Source of the DNA: Candidatus Eremiobacteria bacterium
GTDB lineage: Bacteria; Vulcanimicrobiota; Vulcanimicrobiia; Vulcanimicrobiales; Vulcanimicrobiaceae
Reading direction: 5' to 3'
Assembly: GCA_963758295.1 (NCBI GenBank)
Contig: CAVWUU010000004.1
Coordinates: 160,001 to 224,000 of the forward strand
Length of the DNA stretch: 64,000 nt
The notes below the pieces were generated by a model, which did no database searches, was not told the DNA's origin, and saw only the letters and a list, made by a program, of their open reading frames with translations. Below are positions 1 through 9,876 of the stretch, in pieces (within the stretch, counting starts at the first letter, position 1; each line of letters begins with the position of its first letter). The position numbers were made by a program, and so were the translations under genes.

Positions 1-1170
1 TTGGCCGTCCGGCTCTTCACCGAGCTCGATACCGCCGACGGCATATCCTCGAGCTTGCAAATACCGAACTTCATTTACGGCGTTGTCCGGCGTACTGTAC
101 AGCATCGGCACCGGGTATATCGCCGGAAGGCCGCCGGTCAATCCGCTTTTGGCGATGAGATCGAGTCCCGGCTGGGCCTGATTGGTAACGCGGTTCGTCG
201 CATCGTGCCACGAATCCACCGACGAAACGTAGGTCGGACTCTGGCGCGCTCCGCAGCTGCGCGGAACATTCGCAGACCCGCCGCATGGCCGGTGGACGAG
301 CACGTCACGAAGGTTTCCGCTGCTATCGAACCGCCCGAGCGCAACTTCAGCAACGGCATATCCGACGCAATTGCGCGCGTCCGCGTCGCCGTGCGTATCG
401 CACGTATTCGATGAGCGTTGTAAGAGAATTCGTACAAATCTTACCGGGATGCCGGCACGAATTCGTCGCGGTGCCGAAGCGGTGTTTAACGTAGCGTTCG
501 TAACGATGCCGTTCCCGAACGCACGCCAGGTGCCGTGCGTTGGATCCTTCATCGGATCGGCACCCGTCCAATATTCGACCCGATAGTCGCGCGCATACGG
601 ATGTACGAACGTTACGTGAATCGCATCGAGCGTTTGAGCGCGTCCTGAGTCGAGCACCACCCATTGCGGGTGCTTCGAGTCATCATCGCCCGTGAATCCG
701 CTCGTGAGGTAAGGATTGCTTTTCCAATATGTTGCGCGATCACCGTCGGTGATGCGTGAATAGCTTTGGTTGTTGCCGGCATCCGACGTAAATCCGTCGT
801 GCGGCAAGCGAAATCCGTATGAATCCGTGATATCGGAACGAACGGCAGAGGCGTCGCTCGTCCAGTAGCCGCCAGTAATTGCGCTGAAGTGGCCTGCAGG
901 ATTCCAGTGCCAGTCTTGCACGGAGAGTTCCGTAAATAAGCGATAGCTGAGCCAGCCGTATCCCGACTCCAGCATCCGGCGCACGTTGGAGCTGGAGTAG
1001 AGATAGCCAATCATGCCTGACGGCTGTTTGTCGACGCTCGACCCCAACGCTTCCCGTGAGTGAATCGTCTGCACGGCATTCGCTGCGTCGACCGTAACGA
1101 CGTCGGCCGCGCGCGATACAAGCGGCGTGCAAAAGATCGCGACGCTAAGTGCAGCAGCTAGAAACCTCAC
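1..1170 (-). CDS. Secreted discoidin (F5/8 type C)-domain protein, probable glycoside hydrolase-associated; runs off the left edge
   Basis: Manual translation (not in ORF track): GTG start MRFLAAALSVAIFCTPLVSRAAD (signal peptide), then SYRLFTELSVQDWHWNP, YSRITDGDRATYWKSNP, PQWVVLD, VRFVRILL, GIELGEEPDGQ; frame open to position 1. Confidence 0.75.
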   Translation of the reverse strand, partial: MRFLAAALSVAIFCTPLVSRAADVVTVDAANAVQTIHSREALGSSVDKQPSGMIGYLYSSSNVRRMLESGYGWLSYRLFTELSVQDWHWNPAGHFSAITGGYWTSDASAVRSDITDSYGFRLPHDGFTSDAGNNQSYSRITDGDRATYWKSNPYLTSGFTGDDDSKHPQWVVLDSGRAQTLDAIHVTFVHPYARDYRVEYWTGADPMKDPTHGTWRAFGNGIVTNATLNTASAPRRIRAGIPVRFVRILLQRSSNTCDTHGDADARNCVGYAVAEVALGRFDSSGNLRDVLVHRPCGGSANVPRSCGARQSPTYVSSVDSWHDATNRVTNQAQPGLDLIAKSGLTGGLPAIYPVPMLYSTPDNAVNEVRYLQARGYAVGGIELGEEPDGQ

Positions 1171-1195
1171 GGTGCACCCGTTCCCCGAACGGGGG

Positions 1196-2584
1196 TTAGC
1201 GGCCCCCTTCGAAGGGCCATTGCAGGCGGACGCGGGCCTGGATGAAAAAGACCGCCGCTCCCGCCAGCAAGCTTACAATGCCAAATGCGATCGCCCATTG
1301 CCCGGCGCTCAGAAAAACGTAGATCCAGCCCGCAAGAGCAAGCAGCGCCGGAATCGGATAGAGCCACATGCGGTACGGTCCGGCGATGCCCCGCCGGCGC
1401 AGTGCAAAAAGCGCGGCAATCTGTGCGATCGACTGAATGAGCACGATGCCCGTCGTGAGCGCGTTGATGACGTCACCTAGTGAGAATAGGCAGAAAGGTA
1501 AAGCAAGAAGGCCCATTACGATGAGCGAGACGTCCGGGAAGCGCAGCTTGGGATGAACGTGTGCGAACGGCGGAAGAAAAACGCCGTCCTCGGCGGCCGC
1601 GAACGGCACGCGTGAATAGCCCAACAGATTTCCGTAGACCGAAGCAAATGCCGTGATCAATACGAGCACCGTCACGACGGCTGCGGCCCCGCGCCCAAAA
1701 GCGTTTTCGACGATAGCCGACGCAACGTGCTGCCCGAGCACCGGCAGCGATCCGTCGGCCAGCGGCACGATGGACTGCCACGGGATGGCACCCAGAACGC
1801 CGGTTTGCATGGAGATATAGAGCGCCGCGACGATTAGAATCGAGAAGACGATCGAGCGCGGAATGGTAACGGGCGGGTCGATGATCTCTCCGCCGATGCA
1901 GCTCGACTGATTGTAGCCGAGATAATCGTACATCGCGATAATCAGCGCTTGTCCAAGGCCGGCGCGGAGTCCGGCCCAAAATGAATCTTGCGGCGGAAGC
2001 GTAAACGCTTGATGCGCGTTGAAGTGCGTGTAGGCTGCGGTGATTACGCAAAGCAGCGTTACGAACGAAGCGATGGCCAGCCACGTACCGGTGCCGGAAA
2101 TCGTTGTGATCTTGCGATAGAGCGCAAGCATCGTCACGACCCCCAGGCCGATTGCTACAAGCTTAATCGCGACCGGATTCGAGGCAAGCGCCGGAAACAA
2201 GTAGCCGGCGTAGTTTGCGAACCCGATGTATCCGGTCGCCTGATTCAGCGGCGCGACGAATACGGTTTGCCAGACGAATAAAAATGCAAGCAAGCGACCA
2301 AAGCCGTGACGGCCGAAGGCCTCGCGCAAATAGCCGTAGGTGCCGCCCGAACCCGGATATAGCGATCCGAGTTCAGCCCAAACGAGGCCGTCGCATAACG
2401 CGAGCGCCGCCCCGAGGACCCAACCGATCAGCGAAAGCGGCCCGTGCAATGCGCCAAGCACGAGCGGAATGGTGATGAGCGGGCCGATGCCGATCATCGA
2501 GATTAGGTTGATTGAGATTGCGCCGCGCCAACCGACGCCGCGAATGAGTCTGCGGTCGCCTGCGAGGACGGGCGCGTCGTTCAT
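1196..2584 (-). CDS. APC-superfamily permease
   Basis: About 12 hydrophobic segments; MIGIGP, WAELGSLYPGSGGTYGYLREAFG, YDYLGY, SRVPFAAAEDG; start at MNDAPVL overlaps the upstream stop (ATGA). Confidence 0.9.
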   Translation of the reverse strand: MNDAPVLAGDRRLIRGVGWRGAISINLISMIGIGPLITIPLVLGALHGPLSLIGWVLGAALALCDGLVWAELGSLYPGSGGTYGYLREAFGRHGFGRLLAFLFVWQTVFVAPLNQATGYIGFANYAGYLFPALASNPVAIKLVAIGLGVVTMLALYRKITTISGTGTWLAIASFVTLLCVITAAYTHFNAHQAFTLPPQDSFWAGLRAGLGQALIIAMYDYLGYNQSSCIGGEIIDPPVTIPRSIVFSILIVAALYISMQTGVLGAIPWQSIVPLADGSLPVLGQHVASAIVENAFGRGAAAVVTVLVLITAFASVYGNLLGYSRVPFAAAEDGVFLPPFAHVHPKLRFPDVSLIVMGLLALPFCLFSLGDVINALTTGIVLIQSIAQIAALFALRRRGIAGPYRMWLYPIPALLALAGWIYVFLSAGQWAIAFGIVSLLAGAAVFFIQARVRLQWPFEGGR

Positions 2585-3594
2585 GCGCCGGTGAGGGCTT
2601 TCGTCAATCCACGGGGGCGATCGCTGTCGATATGCGCGATTCGGGCGACGTGCAACGCGAGCATCTGCGCGGTGACGAGCCATGCGAGCGTGTTATATGG
2701 ATCTTCGACGATGGGCCCGAGCTTAGGAACGTCGTCGACGTCGCAGCGGCCGATCACGTAACGCAGGGCGTCCGTTTCTCGAACGTCACGCATCGGCCGT
2801 TCGAGCGCCGGCAATGCGTCTTTATCGACGATTCCGATAACGGCGTACGACGCGTCGACCATAGCAATGCTGCCGTGCCGGAATTCGCCTGCGGAGAATC
2901 CCTCGGCATGCATGTAAGCCGCCTCTTTCAACTTCAGCGCGACTTCTTGCGCGATCGGCCAGCCGTAATCCGAGCCGAGAAGCACAACGTGCCGGCGCAA
3001 CGCAATGCGCTGGGCCGGACCCGACATCTCCTGGCCGGCGCGTTCTTCGAGCCACTTTCTAACCGTGCGTGCCGTCCATAGCAATGCGGAAGGGTCGCGC
3101 GTGGCGTTGCCACCAAGCAGCGATGCGGCCCAGAGCAGAATGGCCATCGTCGACGTCACGCTTTTAGTGGCCGGCACTGCGACCTCGCTGCCGGCCTCGA
3201 TGTCGATAGTGAGGTCCGCACGAGAACCAAGGGGCGAATCCGGGGTGTTCGTAAGCGCGATCAGTCTTGAGGGGTGCAGGACCTCGATGGCATTCAAGAC
3301 GTCCGTGGAACGCCCGCTTTGGGAAATTGCAACGACCGTGCGGCCTTCGTACGCGGCGTGATCGAGGCGCGCTTCCGTAGCTGCCAGTGCCACCGCTTGA
3401 ATGCGACGGCGCCGTAGAGCCAGCGCGCCGAGCCGGGCTGCGAACAGGGAGCTGCCGCTACCGACCAAAACGATTTCATTGTCGAGTGCTTCGGCCAGCT
3501 GTACCGCTTTATCCGATTCGGCGAGGCGCTCCCATACTTCAGGCTGCTCGCGAATTTCGCGTTCGAACAACGCTCCCAGTACCGGTTTGTCCAT
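2581..3594 (-). CDS. Double-SIS-domain sugar-phosphate isomerase/deaminase (GlmS C-terminal-like, probable GlcN-6-P deaminase)
   Basis: EIREQP, GSGSS, ISQSGRS, E..VPATKS, EVALKLKE, EFRHG, PRGLTK; no glutaminase domain. Confidence 0.85.
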   Translation of the reverse strand: MDKPVLGALFEREIREQPEVWERLAESDKAVQLAEALDNEIVLVGSGSSLFAARLGALALRRRRIQAVALAATEARLDHAAYEGRTVVAISQSGRSTDVLNAIEVLHPSRLIALTNTPDSPLGSRADLTIDIEAGSEVAVPATKSVTSTMAILLWAASLLGGNATRDPSALLWTARTVRKWLEERAGQEMSGPAQRIALRRHVVLLGSDYGWPIAQEVALKLKEAAYMHAEGFSAGEFRHGSIAMVDASYAVIGIVDKDALPALERPMRDVRETDALRYVIGRCDVDDVPKLGPIVEDPYNTLAWLVTAQMLALHVARIAHIDSDRPRGLTKALTGA

Positions 3595-3615
3595 CGCCCC
3601 CCCGAGGATGTGCGT

Positions 3616-5499
3616 ATGAAGAGTCGACGTGCCGTATTTACGCTCCTGTTGACGGCCGCGTTCACCGCGGGCGCAAACGCGGCAACGCCACCGGACACCC
3701 AGCCGTCGACCGACGAGCTCGGGCTCGTGCCAATGCCGCGTTCCATCTCAACGAGCGACGGTGTCTTTGACGCACCGGGGCAATGGAGTGTTTACGGCAA
3801 GAGCCCCGATGAGCTCACTGCCGCTTCGTCCGCAATGAACTACTTGCGCTCGCGTGGCGCTACTGTATACCTCGTGAAAGGCACTGATGCCACCGTGCGC
3901 TTTTCCATCGTCCAAGATGCCGGACTCGGCAAAGAAGGCTACCGGCTCGGGATTCAAGGCAACGGCGTTGCAATTTCGGCAACGAGCGGTGCCGGTTTGT
4001 TTTACGGGCTGCAAACGCTCGAACAAATCATCGAAGCGCGCGGGTCTTCATTACCGTATCTGCAGATCGAAGATACGCCGCGGTTTGCCTGGCGCGGAAT
4101 TCACCTTGACGTCGCTCGACATTTCTTTCCGGTCTCCGTCGTCGAGCGATATATCGATGTGGCGGCACGCTACAAGCTCAACGTTTTTCATTGGCATTTG
4201 ACCGACGATCAGGGCTGGCGCATCGAAATAAAACGGTATCCACTATTGACGAAGGTTGGTTCGTGTCGCGCAGAAACGGAGCTCGACCACGACGCTACCG
4301 AGTTCGACGGAAAGAAATATTGCGGCTACTACACCCAAGACCAAATACGCGAAGTGGTCCAGTATGCGCGCAAACGCTTCGTGACGATCGTGCCGGAGAT
4401 CGAAATGCCCGGCCACGCCGACGCCTCCGTAGCCGCGTATCCGTGGCTCGCATGCGGGTCGCCGAAGGTCAAAGTGCGTGAAACATGGGGTGTAAGCCAC
4501 GAACTCTACTGCCCCACGGAGCAGACCTTCGATTTTCTCACCAACGTTTTGGCGGAGGTGACCAAGCTGTTCCCGGGACCTTACGTACATGCCGGTGGCG
4601 ATGAGACGCCGAAGGACCAGTGGCAGCATAGTTCCGTAGTTCGCGCGCTCATGCAACGGCAGCACTTGGCCACCTACGATCAAGTGCAGGGGTATTTCGA
4701 TCGTCGCATCGAGGCCATTTTGAAGCACTTCGGACGCCGCATGGTTGGATGGGACGAAATCCTGGACGGCGGTGTGAGCACTTCGGCTACCGTCATGGCG
4801 TGGCAAAGCGTTGCGCGCGGCGTCAAGGCGGCGCAACATGGAAACGACGTCGTGCTCTCGCCAAACGGCCCCCTCTATTTCGATGCCTATCAAGGCGACC
4901 AAAACGACGAACCCGAGGCAATCGGCGGTCTATCGCGTCTCCAAGATGTGTATGCATTCGATCCGCTTCCCAGAAACGTGCCGGCCACGGTGGCGAAGCA
5001 TGTGATCGGCGTGCAAGCAAATCTATGGACGGAATATATCGCCGATCCCTCGTATCTTTTTTACATGCTGCTGCCGCGAGAGCTCGCATTAGCGGAGGTA
5101 GCGTGGAGCTCTCCGGAGGGTCGCGATTGGGACTCTTTCGAGCGGCGGAGCGGCATGCAGTACGCCTGGCTCACGCAACACCACGTGAACTTTCGGATCC
5201 CGAACCCCACGCTGACCGTGAACGCCGGCGATCTGCGTCTTAGCAACGTGAATCCGTCCATGCGAACGGTGGAGGTGGAAACAGGAAATCCGACAGCGAT
5301 GGTAACGGCGACCACGCCCGTCCGTGCAGCGGAAATCCGCTGCACGATGGATGGAACTAAACCCGGTGCGACATCACATCTTTACGCGGCGCCCCTTCGC
5401 TTTACGCTAGGGGAGCGCGCTCGGGTCGATGTGACGTGCGCAACGGTTCTGCACGACGGACGCGTCAGCACGCCGACCGAAGTCGTGATCCGCCGCTGA
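3616..5499 (+). CDS. Beta-N-acetylhexosaminidase (GH20) with signal peptide and C-terminal chitobiase-like domain
   Basis: PRFAWRGIHLDVARHF, HWHLTDDQGWR, PEIEMPGH, catalytic HAGGDE, GVQANLWTE, CTMDGTKP. Confidence 0.95.
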   Translation: MKSRRAVFTLLLTAAFTAGANAATPPDTQPSTDELGLVPMPRSISTSDGVFDAPGQWSVYGKSPDELTAASSAMNYLRSRGATVYLVKGTDATVRFSIVQDAGLGKEGYRLGIQGNGVAISATSGAGLFYGLQTLEQIIEARGSSLPYLQIEDTPRFAWRGIHLDVARHFFPVSVVERYIDVAARYKLNVFHWHLTDDQGWRIEIKRYPLLTKVGSCRAETELDHDATEFDGKKYCGYYTQDQIREVVQYARKRFVTIVPEIEMPGHADASVAAYPWLACGSPKVKVRETWGVSHELYCPTEQTFDFLTNVLAEVTKLFPGPYVHAGGDETPKDQWQHSSVVRALMQRQHLATYDQVQGYFDRRIEAILKHFGRRMVGWDEILDGGVSTSATVMAWQSVARGVKAAQHGNDVVLSPNGPLYFDAYQGDQNDEPEAIGGLSRLQDVYAFDPLPRNVPATVAKHVIGVQANLWTEYIADPSYLFYMLLPRELALAEVAWSSPEGRDWDSFERRSGMQYAWLTQHHVNFRIPNPTLTVNAGDLRLSNVNPSMRTVEVETGNPTAMVTATTPVRAAEIRCTMDGTKPGATSHLYAAPLRFTLGERARVDVTCATVLHDGRVSTPTEVVIRR

Positions 5500-5510
5500 G
5501 GCTTGGACCC

Positions 5511-6584
5511 CTACGGGCGAACTTCGTAAATGATGTTGAACGGCGTTTGGGTCGCCCGGCGGAATCGCGTGAAGCCGGCTTGTACGGTGACGTCACGAAT
5601 GCGCGTTTCACCGGCTTGAGCGCCAAGCGCGGCGCCGACTTCTTGGGAAAGGGAACCGGGCGTGCACAGGAGCGTTGACGCACCGTAGAACATGCGACCC
5701 ACCGGCGTAAAGTTGTCTTCGACCCTGTCGCCGGAGAACGGTTCGACGACCATCCACGTGCCGTCTTTGTCTAGCGCTTTGTAAACGTGTTCCGCGGCTC
5801 CGACGGGATCGCCCATGTCGTGCAGGCAGTCGAAGTTCGTTACAAGATCGTAGCCCGAACCGGGAAACGACTTTGCCGTTGCCACTTCGAATTTTAGATT
5901 CGCGGGCGCGCCTTGCGCGGCAGCGCGTTCCCGCGCCATCTCGATTGAGGCCGCGTGATAGTCGAAGCCCACGAACTGCGACTGCGGGAAGCTCTTCGCC
6001 ATGATGATCGTCGTTGCGCCAAGTCCGCAGCCGACGTCTGCTGCCGTTGCTCCCGCTTGCAACTTCTGCATAACGCCGTCGAGTGCCGGAAGCCACACGT
6101 CGATAAGGTTCATGACATAGCCGGGTTTGAAGAAACGTTCGGTGCCTTCGAAAAGACCGGCATCGTGCTCGTGCCAGCCGAACCCGCCTCCGGTCACAAA
6201 GCGGCGTTCGATCTCGGGTGCTGATTTGAACGCCGCTTCCATGAGCTGGAACATGCCATGCAGATAAAGGGGACTCGTTTCATCGGCAAGCAGTTTGATT
6301 TGCTCCGGCGTCATGAAATACCGATGCGTCGCGGTGTCGTAGGCGATGTATCCGCTTGCGGCTTGTTGGGCAAGCCATTCGCGGACGTAACGCTCCGAAG
6401 TTCCGGTGGCCTCGGCGATTTCTTTGGAAGCAGCCGGCCCGCGTTCGGCGAGCGCCTTGTAGAGACCAAGACGTTCGCCAATGCGCGTGAGCGGTACGGT
6501 CCATGCGGCGCCCCAATCGCCGACGATTTGAAAGACCAACGACATCAGTTTGTCCTGGTCTACGGTGTTCTGTATGGTGGACAT
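5511..6584 (-). CDS. Class I SAM-dependent methyltransferase with N-terminal winged helix (Rv2258c-like)
   Basis: ERYVREWL, DVGCGLG, FDCLHDMGDP, LGAQAGE. Confidence 0.88.
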   Translation of the reverse strand: MSTIQNTVDQDKLMSLVFQIVGDWGAAWTVPLTRIGERLGLYKALAERGPAASKEIAEATGTSERYVREWLAQQAASGYIAYDTATHRYFMTPEQIKLLADETSPLYLHGMFQLMEAAFKSAPEIERRFVTGGGFGWHEHDAGLFEGTERFFKPGYVMNLIDVWLPALDGVMQKLQAGATAADVGCGLGATTIIMAKSFPQSQFVGFDYHAASIEMARERAAAQGAPANLKFEVATAKSFPGSGYDLVTNFDCLHDMGDPVGAAEHVYKALDKDGTWMVVEPFSGDRVEDNFTPVGRMFYGASTLLCTPGSLSQEVGAALGAQAGETRIRDVTVQAGFTRFRRATQTPFNIIYEVRP

Positions 6585-6685
6585 AGTAGCGAGCGGTCCT
6601 CCGTTTGCATCGAAATGATGCCGGAAGAGGTCGGGATAGTTGCTACTGTACCACCGGGACGCACACCGTGGGAGATCTGTCTAAG

Positions 6686-7327
6686 CTAAGGTTTTACCGC
6701 TGGATTTTTTTCAGCGAAGGCACCGCTGGGATTTGCTCTCACCCACACGATCATGTCCCAAATCTCCGGCATGTCGAAGACCTTTGCGACCTCTTTGGAA
6801 TCTTTTGCCTTGCCCATTTTTACGAGATCCGCGGCTGTCGGATGGGCGGGGTCGCCGCCGGCGGCTTTATATTTGGGGGCCATGATGTAGTGGTCGTAAG
6901 TGCGCTTCCCGGAAGCATCTACAAGCACGTAATGCACGTGGTCGGCAAACTCGTAAAGGCGGCCCGGGTTCACGCCGAAAAGCGTTGGCCGCGTCGTGCC
7001 GGTCACGGGTGAGGAGAAATCGGCACCCAGAAGTTTCCCGTTCTTGTCGTACCAAAGCTGGCTTGGATGTTGCGGGTCGCTCGAGTTCCATTGAAAGTTT
7101 GCATAGCTGATGGCGCCCGTTTCGTCTTCGTTCGTGTAACGAATGTAACCGGCGCGTTCGGCATCGGCCGCGGTCGGGAAACGTTGCATCAAATCTTTCT
7201 GAATCGACGCGACGAACGACGCTTCAGTGGGGCTCAGCGGACCGGAGTAGGTTGGGGTTTGATCCGCGGACGCAACCGCGGTGCAGGCAAAAAGAAGCGC
7301 GATAAGCGCATGCATTGTGCGTTTCAT
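6686..7327 (-). CDS. Hypothetical secreted protein
   Basis: Signal peptide MKRTMHALIALLFACTAVASA; TGCTATAAT lies 6 nt before the ATG. Confidence 0.7.
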   Translation of the reverse strand: MKRTMHALIALLFACTAVASADQTPTYSGPLSPTEASFVASIQKDLMQRFPTAADAERAGYIRYTNEDETGAISYANFQWNSSDPQHPSQLWYDKNGKLLGADFSSPVTGTTRPTLFGVNPGRLYEFADHVHYVLVDASGKRTYDHYIMAPKYKAAGGDPAHPTAADLVKMGKAKDSKEVAKVFDMPEIWDMIVWVRANPSGAFAEKNPAVKP

Positions 7328-7381
7328 GGCGTCATTATAGCAGGCGGTCACGAAATCGGCCGCATGGAGCGTTATGCGCAT

Positions 7382-8320
7382 ATGAACGAACGAGCGGCGA
7401 TCGGACCTATCGCGGCGATCATTCTAGCGGTCTTCATCGTATTAGCCGCGGCCATGGCGCTTGCTCCGAAAATTGCGCTTCATTCCGATGGCTCAGGTCA
7501 GGTCGAAAAGGTCAGTCTAACGCGCAAATATGCGGCGGTAACCCTCGGTCCGAAGTTGAAAGCCAACGCTCCAAATGCCAATACGAGTGCCACTGCCAAC
7601 ACACCCGGGGCGTCGGATGGGCTGCTAATAGCGCGCACCGGAAGCATCACGTTATTCGTCAGTAACGTGAATTCAACCGTCACGCTACTCTCGCGGTTGG
7701 CGCAGCACGAACGCGGCGACGTCTCGTCAATGACGTTCGATAACGGCGGAGACGTCGCATCGAGATCGAGCGCCGATGTCAGCCTGCGGGTGCCCGCAAC
7801 GCACTTCGACGACGCGATGGCCCAGGCGGCGAGGTTTGGAACGGTTCGGCAGTCCTCCGTTAGCGCGGAAGATTTGACGTCCGACATTACGGACTCGACA
7901 GCGCGGCTGCGAAATCTGCGGCGCACGGAAACCGACATCTTGCGGATCATGGAGCGGTCCGGGAGCGTTGGTGAAGTCCTCAATGCTGAGAATCAGCTCT
8001 CGCAAGTTCGCGAGAATATAGAGACGCTCGAATCAGACTTGAAATTCAAGCAAAATCGCGTGATCTATGCGACGGTCGACATCAGTGTCGCATCGGAAGC
8101 GAACGCTACCGTCGTCGAGCCCGGCTTTGCCGCACAACTCTCAAATGCGTGGCTCGCGGCGCTTGATTCGCTCTCGCAAACGACGCTCGACTTACTTGCC
8201 CTCATCACCTGGCTTGTGGTCTATCTACCGTATCTCGCCGTCATGGTCATTGCGGGGTTCTTCCTATACCGCCGATGGAAAGCCCGTGTCCGTCTAGCGG
8301 TGGGGGCTCAACAGCCCTAA
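7382..8320 (+). CDS. DUF4349-family membrane-anchored coiled-coil protein
   Basis: LIARTGSITL, LRVPA..FD, AEDLTSDITD..ARL, E.QLSQVRENIE, C-terminal TM. Confidence 0.8.
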   Translation: MNERAAIGPIAAIILAVFIVLAAAMALAPKIALHSDGSGQVEKVSLTRKYAAVTLGPKLKANAPNANTSATANTPGASDGLLIARTGSITLFVSNVNSTVTLLSRLAQHERGDVSSMTFDNGGDVASRSSADVSLRVPATHFDDAMAQAARFGTVRQSSVSAEDLTSDITDSTARLRNLRRTETDILRIMERSGSVGEVLNAENQLSQVRENIETLESDLKFKQNRVIYATVDISVASEANATVVEPGFAAQLSNAWLAALDSLSQTTLDLLALITWLVVYLPYLAVMVIAGFFLYRRWKARVRLAVGAQQP

Positions 8321-9195
8321 GCCTCGTCCCACTTTGCGAGCTTCGAGCACACGTCGTACGTGCTGTTGAAGAAATCCCGTAACATTTCGCGTGGCGAGAC
8401 CGCCGTTCTGACCGCTTCGTACGGCAAAATGAAAAGTCCCAGTTCCTCGTGCCAGCGAGCGGCGTCTGGCCGGATGGTTGCATTCGCGACACCATCAGGG
8501 CGCGGATATGCGTAGGCCCAAAACGCCGGTTCTCCATAACGGTCGTCGCCGGCCCAGAACCCCGCGCAAATTTCTTCAGCATCCATCGCTTCACGCATGA
8601 TGACGTCGTTGCTCGGCGGCGTAGCCGGGCGTCCGGAGAAGCGCGCGTACGCAAGATCGAACGTTCCCCAAAAGAACTGGACAAGCGTGTGACGGCGCCG
8701 GAACGGTGCGCGATGTTCTTTGAGCGCGCTGTCGGCTTGCACGAGGATTCGCCAAAAGCGATTCACGCGTTCTCTGTCGTAGGTCTTATGCGTGGTGTCG
8801 CGATCGAACGGGATCCGCTGCGCTACCTCGTCGGGGATTGCCCGAATGTTCACCGCGATGTCTAAGGTTCGCAGTGCTTCCGTCACTTCGGCGTAGAAAT
8901 CAGCCACCGTGCGATCGCCCAAGTCGATCTCGCGCGTGGCGCCATCGCTATCGAAGATGCGAAGAACGTGCGCGTTTAGATCGAACTCGATTTCAAACCC
9001 TCGGTCGCCGTACGGAATCATGCCCGTGCTCAAGCCGCGAGGCGTTACACGCAGCGATACGTGCGCCCACTCCGGCTCGGGATAAGAAAGGGCGGCGCGG
9101 ATCTTGCCGATGATCTGCGTGTACATGTGAAGCGTGTCACACGTGTCACGCCATGAACCGAGCGGCAAATCCGGCCAAGCGCTTGTGCTTCTCAT
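8317..9195 (-). CDS. DUF5996-family protein
   Basis: WP.LP...W.DT..TLHMYTQIIGK, FFWGTFDLA..RFSGR, GFWAGD, PAFWAYAYP. Confidence 0.85.
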   Translation of the reverse strand: MRSTSAWPDLPLGSWRDTCDTLHMYTQIIGKIRAALSYPEPEWAHVSLRVTPRGLSTGMIPYGDRGFEIEFDLNAHVLRIFDSDGATREIDLGDRTVADFYAEVTEALRTLDIAVNIRAIPDEVAQRIPFDRDTTHKTYDRERVNRFWRILVQADSALKEHRAPFRRRHTLVQFFWGTFDLAYARFSGRPATPPSNDVIMREAMDAEEICAGFWAGDDRYGEPAFWAYAYPRPDGVANATIRPDAARWHEELGLFILPYEAVRTAVSPREMLRDFFNSTYDVCSKLAKWDEA

Positions 9196-9393
9196 GTGCC
9201 AAGTATAGGCGATTTCTGCCTAACGCGGCGCCAATTCTTAGCCTGTGGCGCGATTCCGGCCGCCGTCTCGCTGGAGTTCCTATGGAAGTCGAAGCCGCTG
9301 CTGCCGCCGTGCGACCGGCGAATCCAACGAACGAAGAAGGCTGCGATCAGGGCACATGTGGTGCGAGCATGACGCACGTAACGGAAATGTTGC

Positions 9394-9876
9394 TCAACTC
9401 CTTCGCAGACGCAGTTCCATAAATGTGGGGCACGCATACTCGACCCTGCCATACGGCGCGCTGCCGGTGAATCCAAGGGACTGGTAAAGCCGGTACGCCG
9501 GCGCAAGGCGCGTCCGGTCGGTGTCGAGCACGACGCGATCGTAATTTCGCTCTCGCGCAAGTTCCAGCAGACTCGCCATTAGTGCCCGCGCAACGCCCAT
9601 GTTGCGGTGATCCGGCGAAACGTACATTTTCTTCACCGCCGCCGTCTGTCGATCGAGTTCACAGAGCGCAACGCATCCCGCAGGCGCGCCGTCAACGTCG
9701 GCGATGAACCCTGCGTGCGGAGGGCCGTAGTATTTGCGCAAATCGGCCAGTTCGACGGCGAAGTCCGAATGGCGCAGATCTTCGGCTAAGCTCTCTTCAT
9801 ATTCAACGAGAAGCTCCCGGAACCGGTCGAAATCGGCATCGTTCGCTGCGCTTCGAACGCTAAGCTTCATACTCAT
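9394..9876 (-). CDS. GNAT acetyltransferase
   Basis: GCVAL, KKMYVSPDHRNMGVARAL, A..LYQSLGF. Confidence 0.85.
   Translation of the reverse strand: MSMKLSVRSAANDADFDRFRELLVEYEESLAEDLRHSDFAVELADLRKYYGPPHAGFIADVDGAPAGCVALCELDRQTAAVKKMYVSPDHRNMGVARALMASLLELARERNYDRVVLDTDRTRLAPAYRLYQSLGFTGSAPYGRVEYACPTFMELRLRRS

Noticed and set aside
1..1132. ORF-track calls 1..414(+), 612..1010(-), 740..1132(-) and similar
   Set aside because: They are shadows of the real minus-strand gene <1..1170
9196..9393. Signal-peptide-like remnant on the minus strand
   Set aside because: Needs a frameshift, is short and has no recognisable domain
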